64,000 nucleotides of DNA. Source: Dehalococcoidia bacterium (GTDB lineage Bacteria > Chloroflexota > Dehalococcoidia > Bin125). Positions 10,505 through 19,388 of the stretch are shown piece by piece. Every line of letters begins with the position of its first letter. Within the stretch, counting starts at the first letter, position 1. The DNA is taken from the NCBI GenBank assembly GCA_965207365.1, contig OZ242281.1, positions 2,367,218-2,431,217 of the forward strand, in the 5' to 3' direction. Below the pieces are notes generated by a model that saw only the letters and a list, made by a program, of their open reading frames with translations, was not told the origin of the DNA and did not search any database. Both the position numbers and the translations under genes were made by a program.

Positions 10505-12139
10505 ATGCGGCAGAGAGACCGCGAGCAGGGACTGAGCACTCCGATGACCCAGACCACCGAAATCAGTACTCCAGACGGCGTTGAAGTCGTCGGAGCCATA
10601 CAGGACGGCTTCGACGCGATTCTGACCGAGGACGCGTTGGCATTTGTCGCGGGTCTGCACCGGATGTTCAACGCCCGCCGGCAGGAACTGCTGGAGCGCC
10701 GCATGGTGCGCCAGGCCGAGTTTGACCAGGGCGCGCTGCCCGACTTCCTCTCTGACACCGAGGAAGTCCGCTTCGGCTCCTGGCAAGTCGCACCGACACC
10801 TGAAGACCTGCAACAGCGCTGGGCCGAAATCACCGGCCCGGTCGACCGCAAGATGATGATCGGCGCACTCAACTCAGGCGCCGATGCATTCATGGCCGAC
10901 TTCGAAGACTCCCTGTCGCCGACCTGGGACAACGTCGTCAATGGGCAGATCAACGCCCGCGACGCCGTTCGCCGGGAAATCACATTCGAGAACCCCGACG
11001 GCTCGGTGCGCACGCTCAACGAGCAGATCGCCACGCTGTTGATTCGGCCGCGCGGCTGGCACCTGGACGAGAAGCACGTGCTGGTCGACGGCGAACCGGT
11101 CGCCGCCTCACTGTTCGACTTCGGCATATACATGTTCCACAACGCCGCCGAGCGCGTCGCTCGTGGGACCGGTCCCTACTTCTATCTGCCCAAACTGGAA
11201 TCACACCTGGAAGCGCGCCTCTGGAATGACGCCTTCGTCAAGGCCCAGAACGACCTTGGCGTGCCCCAGGGCAGCATTCGCGCGACGGTGCTGATCGAGA
11301 CGCTGCCCGCCGCGTTCGAGATGGAAGAAATCCTCTACGAGCTGCGCGATCACTCCGCGGGACTCAATGCCGGTCGCTGGGACTACATCTTCTCGGCGGT
11401 CAAGCGCTTCAAGTCGCAACCGACCTTTACCCTGCCCGACCGCGTCCAGGTGACCATGACGACACCGTTCATGCGCGCCTACACCGAACTCCTCGTACGC
11501 ACCTGTCACAAGCGCGGCGCACACGCGATGGGCGGCATGGCGGCGTTTATCCCTTCTCGGCGCGACCCTGAGATCAACGAGATCGCTCTGACCGGCGTGC
11601 GCGCCGACAAGGAGCGCGAGTCAACCGACGGTTTCGACGGCACCTGGGTCGCGCATCCCGACCTGGTCAACGTTGCCCGTGACATCTTCGAAACCAATCT
11701 CAACGGCGCCCGCAACCAACGCGAGCGGATGCGCGAGGACGTGAGCGTTGCCGCCAGCGACCTTGTTTCGCTCGATCAGTCCGGCGGTTCGGTTTCGGAA
11801 GCCGGATTGCGACTGAACATCTCTGTTGCGTTGCAGTACATCAATAGCTGGCTCAACGGAGTCGGCGCGGCTGCGATCAACAACCTCATGGAAGACGCAG
11901 CGACGGCGGAGATATCCCGGGGACAGCTCTGGCAGTGGATTCAGCACAATGCCGAGCTGGACGATGGCCGCTCGATCACGTCGGACCTGTACGAAACGCT
12001 GCGCGACGAGGAACTGGCCTCGCTGGGCGGCTCGGAAGCATCCCGCTTTGGCGACGCGGTCGAGATTCTCGATCAACTCGTACTGACCGAGGAGTTCCCT
12101 GAGTTCCTCACGTTGCCCGCCTACGAATACCTCGACTAG
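10505..12139 (+). CDS. aceB: Malate synthase A
   Basis: 544 aa. Family motifs include [22 protein letters not shown] and [39 protein letters not shown]. An alternative start exists at 10544 (MTQTT). Confidence 0.94.
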   Translation: MRQRDREQGLSTPMTQTTEISTPDGVEVVGAIQDGFDAILTEDALAFVAGLHRMFNARRQELLERRMVRQAEFDQGALPDFLSDTEEVRFGSWQVAPTPEDLQQRWAEITGPVDRKMMIGALNSGADAFMADFEDSLSPTWDNVVNGQINARDAVRREITFENPDGSVRTLNEQIATLLIRPRGWHLDEKHVLVDGEPVAASLFDFGIYMFHNAAERVARGTGPYFYLPKLESHLEARLWNDAFVKAQNDLGVPQGSIRATVLIETLPAAFEMEEILYELRDHSAGLNAGRWDYIFSAVKRFKSQPTFTLPDRVQVTMTTPFMRAYTELLVRTCHKRGAHAMGGMAAFIPSRRDPEINEIALTGVRADKERESTDGFDGTWVAHPDLVNVARDIFETNLNGARNQRERMREDVSVAASDLVSLDQSGGSVSEAGLRLNISVALQYINSWLNGVGAAAINNLMEDAATAEISRGQLWQWIQHNAELDDGRSITSDLYETLRDEELASLGGSEASRFGDAVEILDQLVLTEEFPEFLTLPAYEYLD

Positions 12140-12145
12140 GCCATT

Positions 12146-12217
12146 CGGCTAGACCAAGAGGCCATAACAGGTCAAAGTAAGCGAGCACCCAACCACAGGC
12201 ATAACGGCTAGACCAAG
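12146..12217. promoter_or_regulatory. Direct repeats in the aceB-aceA spacer (CGGCTAGACCAAG x2, G(G)CATAAC x2)
   Basis: The 13-mer occurs at 12146-12158 and 12205-12217. Flanking (G)GCATAAC motifs are arranged in permuted order. Confidence 0.35.
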
Positions 12218-12277
12218 CCGCTGAGAGACGTGAACCGACGCCAAGGTTCGGCCACGTACAGCCACGGAGGATCCCTG

Positions 12278-13606
12278 ATGACGACGAACGGCACGAACGG
12301 GACGGGCAACCCCCAGGACAGCGCCGCCGCCGCACTCGAACACGAGTGGGCGACGAACCCGCGCTGGGCGGGAGTACAGCGGAACTATACGGCCGCCGAC
12401 GTACTCAAGCTGCGCCCCTCGCTGCTGCCCGAATCGGCCCTCGCCCGCAATGGCGCCGACCGACTCTGGAAGGCAATGCAGGACACCGACTTCGTTCGCA
12501 CGTTTGGCGCTGTCACTGGCGCGCAGGCCGTGCAGATGGCCAAGGCTGGACTACAGGCCATCTACGTCTCTGGCTGGCAGGTCGCTGCCGACGCCAACAC
12601 CTCGGGTCACACCTATCCCGACCAGTCGCTCTACCCGGTCAACAGCGTCCCCTCGCTGGTCAAGCGCCTCAACAACGCGCTGATGCGCGCCGACCAGGTC
12701 GACCGACTCGAGGGTCGTGCCAGCGTTGACTACTACCTGCCGATCGTGGCCGACGCCGAGGCTGGCTTCGGCGGTCCGATCCACGCCTTCGAGCTGATGC
12801 GCAACATGATCGAAGCCGGCGCCGGCGGCGTCCACTACGAGGACCAGCTCGCGGCCGAGAAGAAGTGTGGCCACATGGGCGGCAAGGTGCTCGTCCCCAC
12901 GGCTCAGCACGTTCGCACGCTGCAGGCGGCTCGCCTCGCAGCCGACGTCATGGACGTTCCCACCATCTTGATGGCGCGAACCGACGCCCTCTCGGCGACG
13001 TTGATGACTACCGACATTGACGAGCGCGACCGCGAGTTCACCACTGGCGAGCGCACGGCCGAGGGTTACTTCTCGGTCACCGGCGGGATCGACTCCGCGA
13101 TCGCTCGTGGTCTCGCCTTCGCCCCGCACGCAGACCTGATCTGGTGCGAGACCTCGGTGCCGGACATCGGCGAGGCCCGTGACTTCGCGCAGGCGGTGCA
13201 GGCCGAGTACCCGGGCAAGATGCTCGCTTACAACTGCTCACCATCCTTCAACTGGAAGCGCCATCTCGACGACTCGACCATCGCGAACTTCCAGGAACAG
13301 TTGGCCGACATGGGCTACAGCTTCCAGTTCATCACGCTGGCCGGCTGGCACGGGATCAACTACCACACCTTCAACCTCGCCAGCGGCTACCGCGACCGCG
13401 GCATGGCCGCCTACGTCGAGCTGCAGGAAGGTGAGTTCGAGGCCGAGGCCTATGGCTACACCGCGACCAAGCACCAGCGCGAAGCGGGCACATCCTACTT
13501 CGACGAGGTCCTGCTCACGGTCACCGGTGGAGACGCCGCAACAACGGCGTTGAGCGGCTCGACCGAGGCCGCCCAGTTCACCGAGGAAGCCGTCGCCGCG
13601 CATTAG
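12278..13606 (+). CDS. aceA: Isocitrate lyase
   Basis: Carries the KKCGHMGGK signature. The N-terminus [13 protein letters not shown] matches. Start at the ATG after GGAGGA (MTTNGT). Confidence 0.95.
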   Translation: MTTNGTNGTGNPQDSAAAALEHEWATNPRWAGVQRNYTAADVLKLRPSLLPESALARNGADRLWKAMQDTDFVRTFGAVTGAQAVQMAKAGLQAIYVSGWQVAADANTSGHTYPDQSLYPVNSVPSLVKRLNNALMRADQVDRLEGRASVDYYLPIVADAEAGFGGPIHAFELMRNMIEAGAGGVHYEDQLAAEKKCGHMGGKVLVPTAQHVRTLQAARLAADVMDVPTILMARTDALSATLMTTDIDERDREFTTGERTAEGYFSVTGGIDSAIARGLAFAPHADLIWCETSVPDIGEARDFAQAVQAEYPGKMLAYNCSPSFNWKRHLDDSTIANFQEQLADMGYSFQFITLAGWHGINYHTFNLASGYRDRGMAAYVELQEGEFEAEAYGYTATKHQREAGTSYFDEVLLTVTGGDAATTALSGSTEAAQFTEEAVAAH

Positions 13607-13680
13607 TCCTGACAACCCAGCAAAGCAATCACGAAGCCCCGCTCCGGCGGGGCTTCGTCGTCACAGTGTTGTGATTCGAC

Positions 13681-14019
13681 ATGCCTGAAATCCCGTATCG
13701 CGGTGTCACTGGCAATGATGTCAGTGACGAGCATTTGTCGTCGCACGGCCTGACGTTTGACGATGCCAATGACGTCTGGACTGGTCCGGCCAAGTACTTT
13801 CCTCAACCTTCCAGACCTCGATTCGACGATTTGGGAAACGAGGGTGTTCAACCTGAACGAGTCAAGATGGTCGGCCCGGATCTTCGTGGTCGTCTTCTGA
13901 CCTTCATCCTCGAGATACCAAGTCATGACCAACTGTCCCATGTCGTCACAGGGTGGATATCGACTCCTGGCGAGCAAACTCACTACCATCAACCAGGAGG
14001 AAGGATGCGCATTCGATGA
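13681..14019 (+). CDS. BrnT-like (DUF497) toxin
   Basis: 112 aa. HLSSHGLTFDDANDVWTGPAKYF...RLLTFILE...HVVTGWISTPGE. It is paralogous to the N-terminal half of 4533-5129. Confidence 0.62.
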   Translation: MPEIPYRGVTGNDVSDEHLSSHGLTFDDANDVWTGPAKYFPQPSRPRFDDLGNEGVQPERVKMVGPDLRGRLLTFILEIPSHDQLSHVVTGWISTPGEQTHYHQPGGRMRIR

Positions 14020-14267
14020 CTAGACCACGATCGCCAGTACATATTGATACGCCAATCGACGACCTAGAAGAGATTCCCTACGACCCCGCCAAGAAGGGTC
14101 CTGGGATCATGCGTCTTGAGATCGAGTTCAATCGGGACGAGATTAATCGACTCAAGGCGAGACATCCCCGCGGACCGCTCATTCGCTTTATCAAACAGGC
14201 CGCGCTCGAAGCCGCCGACGCCGAGGCCGCCCGCCAGTCCCAACCACCAATTGAGGCCGCCGACTGA
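14016..14267 (+). CDS. BrnA-like RHH antitoxin
   Basis: ATGA start/stop overlap with the toxin, with GGAGGAAGG immediately upstream. MRLEIEFNRDEINRLKA...LIRFIKQAALEAA. It is paralogous to the C-terminal half of 4533-5129. The longer ORF from 13953 was rejected. Confidence 0.58.
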   Translation: MTRPRSPVHIDTPIDDLEEIPYDPAKKGPGIMRLEIEFNRDEINRLKARHPRGPLIRFIKQAALEAADAEAARQSQPPIEAAD

Positions 14268-14324
14268 GTCGAACCATCCTTCCGCTTTCTTGCCGCCGAT
14301 GCAACGCTTCGACAGGATTGTCCG

Positions 14325-16661
14325 ATGGCTGACTTCCACCTGCGTGCGAGTGAGATGAGATTGCGCCCGCGTCTGCTGATTTCGCTCCTAGCGCTCGGTG
14401 CGATCGTTTTCACGATTCTCATCGCGACAACTGTCGCCCAAGCCGCCGATGTGGACTCCGAGACCATTAAACTTGAGCCAGGTGACAATTTCATCGGCTG
14501 GGTGGCGGAACCGATCGCCGTCGCCGATATCTTCGCCGACCTCCCTTCGGCGAGCCTGATTTACTCGTGGAGCGCCGACTCCCGCACCTACCGCTACGCC
14601 ATCCGAGAGGTCGACGGCAACCTCGAGACGCTCGATTCCGGTATGGCCGCGATGATTCGGATCAGCGGAAGCGAACCCGTCGAATGGGAGCGACCGCTAA
14701 CGCCGGCCAAGGGCATGGTGACCCTCTACTCAGGAGTCAACTGGGTCGCCTGGAACGGCCGCGACGAGTGGCCGCTCGACGAGGTAGCGCGAGGCATCGG
14801 CACGTCGTTGGTCAGCATCGAGGTAAGAGGCCTCGCCTACCAATCAAACAGCAACATCGCAGACGCAATCAGTCCGCTCAGCGGAGACACCAAGATCCGT
14901 CGCGGCGACGCCCTCCGAGTCACCGTCAACCGAGACCTCCGCTGGCTCCAACCAACCGGCATGATGCCCAACATCGAGTTTGTGGGAGATATCTCCCAGT
15001 CACTCAAGGACAACATGACTGCAGACATTGGCGATTTGGTCGATTACTTTGCCGACACACACGCAGTGGAAACCGACTTCTCAAACACGACGATTCTGAT
15101 CTGGGATACCGCCGAAGACGCCGTGGCGTACCAGGACAATAACCCACAGTACCCGTTTCATCTCAGTGGAGAAGGGTTGCGCGTGTACCTTGAGAAAGAT
15201 GCAGAAGGCGGGGGCACTTCGTGGGGAATGCATCTCAAATCGAGTTGGTGGAATTCCAATCCAAAACGGTCAATCTTCAAGACTCACGTCACCCATGAGT
15301 GGTTTCACTACTTACAAATCCAATTCACAGACTTTTGGCAGAGTGCCGGTAAACCACCGGAATGGATGCTTGAGGGCACGGCTATATGGTCAGGTGACTT
15401 CGGAATTCGCATTGCAGAGGGCCACATATCGTTCCAAGATACCCGACAGGCGTTCCGGGAGAGGGCGGAAGGGACTGCTGCTACGTTACGAAGCGCGGAG
15501 CAACGCAATACTCCCTGGCAATACCAACTCGGACTGCTCGCGGTCGATTTGCTGATCGAGCGCAGCGGGCCCGATGCAATCGTCGAATACTTCCGACAAC
15601 AGCATCCGCAGGCGATCGGCACAGATCGTCAGTGGCAGGTGGCGCCAGGTTTGAGCGAAGCATTCAGTGCCGCGTTCGGCATCGAAATCGATGACTTTTA
15701 CACGCAGTTCGGGGAGTGGCGAGACGCTCTTCCTGGTCGGCGGGTGCGCGAAACGGGCGAGCCGAAACTCATCGGTAGTTTTCAAGACTCCGAGGGCACC
15801 CCGGCGATCGGATTCTGGGTCAATGCAGCCCCGTACGAGGGCGAGCACAAGGCTGGTCGACTTCGTAGGGCGGAGGTCGGAGCAGACGGTACGTTCTCAC
15901 TCGATTTGAGAGAACGCACCGTACAGAGGCTGTACTTCGACCGAGAAGGATGCACGCTCTGGCTCGCTCACAATGGGCTGACAACGATGAGGCCGCAACC
16001 AGGTCAATACCGCGACCTCGACACACGCAACTTGCCCGATTTGAACTTAACTCTGCCCGAGGGTGCCTGCGAGAACGATCTTCGTGTGCGTGTCCAGACC
16101 CGCTACGGAGAAGACCGAAGAGTAGAGGTCGGTATACGTGGCAATGACTCGTTCACGTGGGCTACTTCGCGAAGAGGTGAAAGCTTCGTAGCTTATCCTC
16201 CAGAACCGAGTGAGTATCACGTGCTGATTCGATACGGATACTGTGACTTGTGGTACGCACCAGACCGATTGGTTGCGACACGCAATGAGGCTCAGTTGAT
16301 CGACCTGACCAGTGAGGCTATCTGGATCGAGATGCGTATACCACCTGACCTCTGTTTGCACTCCATCGGCGGCCAACTTGTCATCGACGACGGTGCGCCA
16401 GTTCCCAGGATCTGGGTTACCGCTAACTCAACTACCGGATCATGTGGGTCCTACCCCGATGCGGATGGCAAGTTCAAGATCACAGTCCCAGACGCGGGCA
16501 GCTACTCGCTTAGCTTCGGAGTAGATGGCTGTCGAGTCCATTGGGCGAGATCGGGCGCAACCATTGACTGGCACCGTGCCACCCCGATCACCGTCGCCGA
16601 CGAGGACGTCACCGGCATTGAGTTCGTCGTCCCCGATGACCCGGCCAGCCTCTGCGACTGA
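14325..16661 (+). CDS. Large secreted or membrane-anchored protein with an HExxH zinc-metallopeptidase motif (hypothetical)
   Basis: 778 aa. N-terminal signal/anchor is LLISLLALGAIVFTILIATTVAQA (likely start 14355). THVTHEWFHYLQ is followed by EWMLEGTAIW, which is gluzincin-like. The C-terminus is Cys-containing and beta-rich. GC is lower than the flanks. Confidence 0.5.
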   Translation: MADFHLRASEMRLRPRLLISLLALGAIVFTILIATTVAQAADVDSETIKLEPGDNFIGWVAEPIAVADIFADLPSASLIYSWSADSRTYRYAIREVDGNLETLDSGMAAMIRISGSEPVEWERPLTPAKGMVTLYSGVNWVAWNGRDEWPLDEVARGIGTSLVSIEVRGLAYQSNSNIADAISPLSGDTKIRRGDALRVTVNRDLRWLQPTGMMPNIEFVGDISQSLKDNMTADIGDLVDYFADTHAVETDFSNTTILIWDTAEDAVAYQDNNPQYPFHLSGEGLRVYLEKDAEGGGTSWGMHLKSSWWNSNPKRSIFKTHVTHEWFHYLQIQFTDFWQSAGKPPEWMLEGTAIWSGDFGIRIAEGHISFQDTRQAFRERAEGTAATLRSAEQRNTPWQYQLGLLAVDLLIERSGPDAIVEYFRQQHPQAIGTDRQWQVAPGLSEAFSAAFGIEIDDFYTQFGEWRDALPGRRVRETGEPKLIGSFQDSEGTPAIGFWVNAAPYEGEHKAGRLRRAEVGADGTFSLDLRERTVQRLYFDREGCTLWLAHNGLTTMRPQPGQYRDLDTRNLPDLNLTLPEGACENDLRVRVQTRYGEDRRVEVGIRGNDSFTWATSRRGESFVAYPPEPSEYHVLIRYGYCDLWYAPDRLVATRNEAQLIDLTSEAIWIEMRIPPDLCLHSIGGQLVIDDGAPVPRIWVTANSTTGSCGSYPDADGKFKITVPDAGSYSLSFGVDGCRVHWARSGATIDWHRATPITVADEDVTGIEFVVPDDPASLCD

Positions 16662-16726
16662 CCCTGCGCTACCCTGCCCTCACTTGTTGCAACATTTGAC
16701 CGCTCCGGCGGCGAAAGGACATTCCC

Positions 16727-17668
16727 GTGACGAACAGCCCCCACTTTGGCGTGATGGTTCCCCAGATTAAGCGCACCTGGCAGGAGACGCGGCGCGCGGC
16801 ATTGGCCTTTGAGGAGATGGGCTTTGACTCGCTCTGGGTCAACGACCACCTCTATGGCCCGCAGTCGCCTGCGATTCCGATGCTCGAGGCGTGGACCCTG
16901 GCAGCCGGCATCGCCGCAGCGACCGAGAAGCCCGAGATTGGCACGCTGGTGACGCCCGTTGGCATGCGCAACCCGGCCCACACCGGCAAGATGATCGCCA
17001 CCGTTGACAACATCGCCGGCGGTCGCGTGATCCCCGGCTTCGGCTCCGGTTGGATGCCGCGCGAGTTCACCGACTTCGGCATGCCCTTCGTCAGCACTGG
17101 CGATCGACTGCGACAGCTCGAAGAGGGCCTGCAGATCTTTAAGGGCATGTTCGACGCCGATCAGGACGAGTTCTCCTTCGAGGGCGAGTTCTTCCACACC
17201 GAGAACCTCGTCACCCAGCCCAAGCCACCGCGCGACATGCCGATCCTGGTCGGCGGCGGCGGCGAGAAGGTCACGATGCGCATCGCCGCGCAGTACGCCG
17301 ACATCTGGAACAACTCCGCCGGATCGCAGGACGACCTCGAGCACAAAGTCTCGGTTCTTCACGGCCACGCCAACGCACTGGGTCGCGACCCCTCCGAGCT
17401 GCGCGTTTCGCAGCAGTGCCTGGTCACCATCGTCGAGGACGACGCCAAGGTCGGCCCGATGGTCGAGCGAGCCCAGAAGATCTTCGGCGGTCACATGGGC
17501 AACCCAGCCGGCGACATGGCCCTGACCGGCACCCCGGCGATGATCAAAGAGAGAATCGAAAAGCACGTCGAGCTCGGCTGTGACATGTTCATGATCGAAT
17601 TCTTCGGCCGAGACACCATCGAGCCAGCCCAAATGTTCGCCGAAACGGTCATCCCCGAGTTCCGCTAG
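16727..17668 (+). CDS. LLM-class (luciferase-like) flavin/F420-dependent oxidoreductase
   Basis: 313 aa. HFGVMVPQ...FDSLWVNDHLYGP...GRVIPGFGSGW...ILVGGGGEK are typical of the LLM F420 family. Confidence 0.85.
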   Translation: MTNSPHFGVMVPQIKRTWQETRRAALAFEEMGFDSLWVNDHLYGPQSPAIPMLEAWTLAAGIAAATEKPEIGTLVTPVGMRNPAHTGKMIATVDNIAGGRVIPGFGSGWMPREFTDFGMPFVSTGDRLRQLEEGLQIFKGMFDADQDEFSFEGEFFHTENLVTQPKPPRDMPILVGGGGEKVTMRIAAQYADIWNNSAGSQDDLEHKVSVLHGHANALGRDPSELRVSQQCLVTIVEDDAKVGPMVERAQKIFGGHMGNPAGDMALTGTPAMIKERIEKHVELGCDMFMIEFFGRDTIEPAQMFAETVIPEFR

Positions 17669-17692
17669 CCTCAGTCCCTTGTCCCTTCTCGT

Positions 17693-17790
17693 CCCCTCTC
17701 CCTCTGGGAGAGGGTCAGGGTGAGGGCCTCCGGACAGACCCTCGCAACCCAATAGCTCCGTCATACCCGCGCCCGCCGCGGGTATCTCGC
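17693..17790. repeat. Compound REP cluster: family C (CCCTCTCCCTCTGGGAGAGGGTCAGGGTGAGGG) plus family A (GTCATACCCGCGCCCGCCGCGGGTATCTCGC)
   Basis: Two hairpins sit in the 150-bp spacer between the LLM gene and the nuclease-methyltransferase gene. The same families recur at 22725-22838, 25704-25735 and 44609-44640. Confidence 0.7.
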
Positions 17791-17821
17791 CGTCCTCACT
17801 CCAACCGCCGATTATCCCCCG

Positions 17822-19387
17822 ATGACCACCCATGAACACACAATCAACGTCGCCCTCGGCGAGGTATTGGGCGACCTCCGTCCTCACAGTTGGCGCGTAG
17901 TCTCCGAGCAGCAGGGGCAACTCCGCGGCGGCGGACGCCCCGACATTCTGATCGAGGAAGCCTCCCAGTGGCCGGTCGTGATCGAGGCCGAAAAATCCGA
18001 TCACGACAGCGCGGAGCTCGAAGCCCAGCAGCGACTCGGACGAATCGTCAACGAGACTCGCAAGCCCGTCGAGAGCGCCATCGCAGTGGTCTATCCGCCA
18101 GAAGTGGCGGAAGTCGACGGCCGACAACTGCGAGACGCACTGAGAACCACCGAGGCGTTGGAGTACGCGCTGCTCACACGCACGCTCGGCGGCGGAGTCG
18201 AGCGACTGCCCGAGAGCGGGTGGCTCATGGGCTCCGCCCGTGATCTGGCCATGCTCGCCCACCGGGCCTCGATTCCATCGCCCCGCGTTGAACGGATGGG
18301 AATCATCCTCGAGCAAAGCATCGAGGATGCCGCCTCAGCATTCACCTCCCGCCACGCGTCGCATCAGCCGGGATCGCTCGGCGGGGACATCGCCGACCTG
18401 CTTGGCCAGTCCGACGATCAGGCCGGCCAGACTCGCAGGATGGCGATGACGGTCGTCATCAACGCGCTTATCTTCCACGAAGCCCTCGCCGAAGCCGAGT
18501 TCTTCATCACGCTTCCCCCCTCGGGAGAGTCTGCCGCTGCTCCTTCCCCACTGCCCTCCGCTGAGGAAGCTGCCGCTGCTCCTTCCCCACTGCCCTCCTC
18601 TGAGGAAGCTGCTACTGCTCCTTCCCCGCTTCCCTCCTCTGAGGAAGCTGCTACTGCTCCTTCCCCGCTTCCCCCCTCTGGGGGGAAGCTGCCGAAGGCT
18701 GAAGGGGGGTCCCAGCGCCGACTCCGACACCTGCGCGAACTCCTGCCGCCCGGCGATTTCGACATCGACGCGCTCGTCACCGAATGGCAGGCCGTCCTCG
18801 AAATCAACTACTGGCCGATCTTCGCCACCGCCTCGGAAATCATCCTCAAGCTCTCCGAGGAGACGGCTGCCGCCGTGCTCACCCCGCTGCGTCGCGGAGC
18901 ACTCCGACTGGTCCAACGCGGCGTGACCAAGTCGCACGACCTGACCGGCGTCATCTTCCAGCGCCTGATCGCCGACCGCAAGTTCCTCGCCACCTTCTAC
19001 ACCCGACCGGCCGCCGCCGCACTGCTCGCCGGACTTGCGATCCCCGCCGACCGCGCGCCCGGCGGCGCCGAGTGGGGCGACGAGGACACCATTGCCTCGC
19101 TGCAGATCGGCGACTTCGCCTGCGGCACCGGCACCCTGCTCTCCGCCGCCTACCAGCGCATCTCGCTACTGCACGAGCTCAACGGCGGCGACCCGCGCAA
19201 GCTCCACGCCCCCATGATGAAGAACGGACTGGTCGGCCTCGACGTCCTCAACATCGCCGTCCATCTGACCGCCGCCACGCTCGCCGGAGCCCACCCCGAC
19301 GTCCCCTTCGACGGCGAATGCCTCCTCACCATGCCGTACGGTAGTTCTGATTCGCCGGGGGGGGGGGGTAAGCATCGGCTCGCTTGA
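17822..19387 (+). CDS. N-terminal part of a fused PD-(D/E)xK nuclease plus gamma-class N6-adenine DNA methyltransferase (Type IIG/IIL RM-like)
   Basis: GRPDILIE...VIEAEK fits a PD-(D/E)xK nuclease core. FYTRPAAAALLAGL corresponds to motif X, and DFACGTGTLL to motif I (SAM binding). The ORF ends right after the G12 tract (ending TGA 19385-19387). Confidence 0.75.
   Translation: MTTHEHTINVALGEVLGDLRPHSWRVVSEQQGQLRGGGRPDILIEEASQWPVVIEAEKSDHDSAELEAQQRLGRIVNETRKPVESAIAVVYPPEVAEVDGRQLRDALRTTEALEYALLTRTLGGGVERLPESGWLMGSARDLAMLAHRASIPSPRVERMGIILEQSIEDAASAFTSRHASHQPGSLGGDIADLLGQSDDQAGQTRRMAMTVVINALIFHEALAEAEFFITLPPSGESAAAPSPLPSAEEAAAAPSPLPSSEEAATAPSPLPSSEEAATAPSPLPPSGGKLPKAEGGSQRRLRHLRELLPPGDFDIDALVTEWQAVLEINYWPIFATASEIILKLSEETAAAVLTPLRRGALRLVQRGVTKSHDLTGVIFQRLIADRKFLATFYTRPAAAALLAGLAIPADRAPGGAEWGDEDTIASLQIGDFACGTGTLLSAAYQRISLLHELNGGDPRKLHAPMMKNGLVGLDVLNIAVHLTAATLAGAHPDVPFDGECLLTMPYGSSDSPGGGGKHRLA
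18531..18688 (+). repeat. In-frame 39-bp tandem repeat, about 4 copies, encoding (A/T)APSPLPS(A/S)EEAA
   Basis: Copies at 18531, 18570, 18609 and 18648 (the last is degenerate). It lies between the nuclease-like and methyltransferase domains. Confidence 0.85.
19357..19368 (+). repeat. G12 homopolymer inside the nuclease-methyltransferase gene (candidate phase-variation tract)
   Basis: ...gattcgccGGGGGGGGGGGGtaagc.... The flanking ORFs are in different frames. G11 or G14 would fuse them (...SPGGGVSIGSLELLAEHVQ...). Confidence 0.85.
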
Positions 19388-19388
19388 G

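Noticed and set aside
13953-14267. Longer antitoxin ORF starting at 13953 (MDIDSW...)
   Set aside because: The ATG at 14016 has a perfect GGAGGAAGG SD and the ATGA overlap with the toxin stop. The upstream extension lies inside the toxin coding region in another frame.
16502-18316. 604-aa minus-strand ORF
   Set aside because: It is antisense to the LLM gene and the RM-like gene, and it spans the REP cluster. This is a typical high-GC open-frame artefact.
18531-18688. Possible CRISPR array
   Set aside because: The repeats are contiguous with no spacers, sit in-frame within a CDS, and encode a Pro-rich linker. There are no cas genes nearby.
19357-19368. The G12 tract as a pure sequencing/assembly artefact
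   Set aside because: I could not reject this. Homopolymer errors are common, but a 12-mer in an otherwise intact domain-complete gene is exactly the signature of a phase-variation tract. I kept it as a finding with read-level verification requested.
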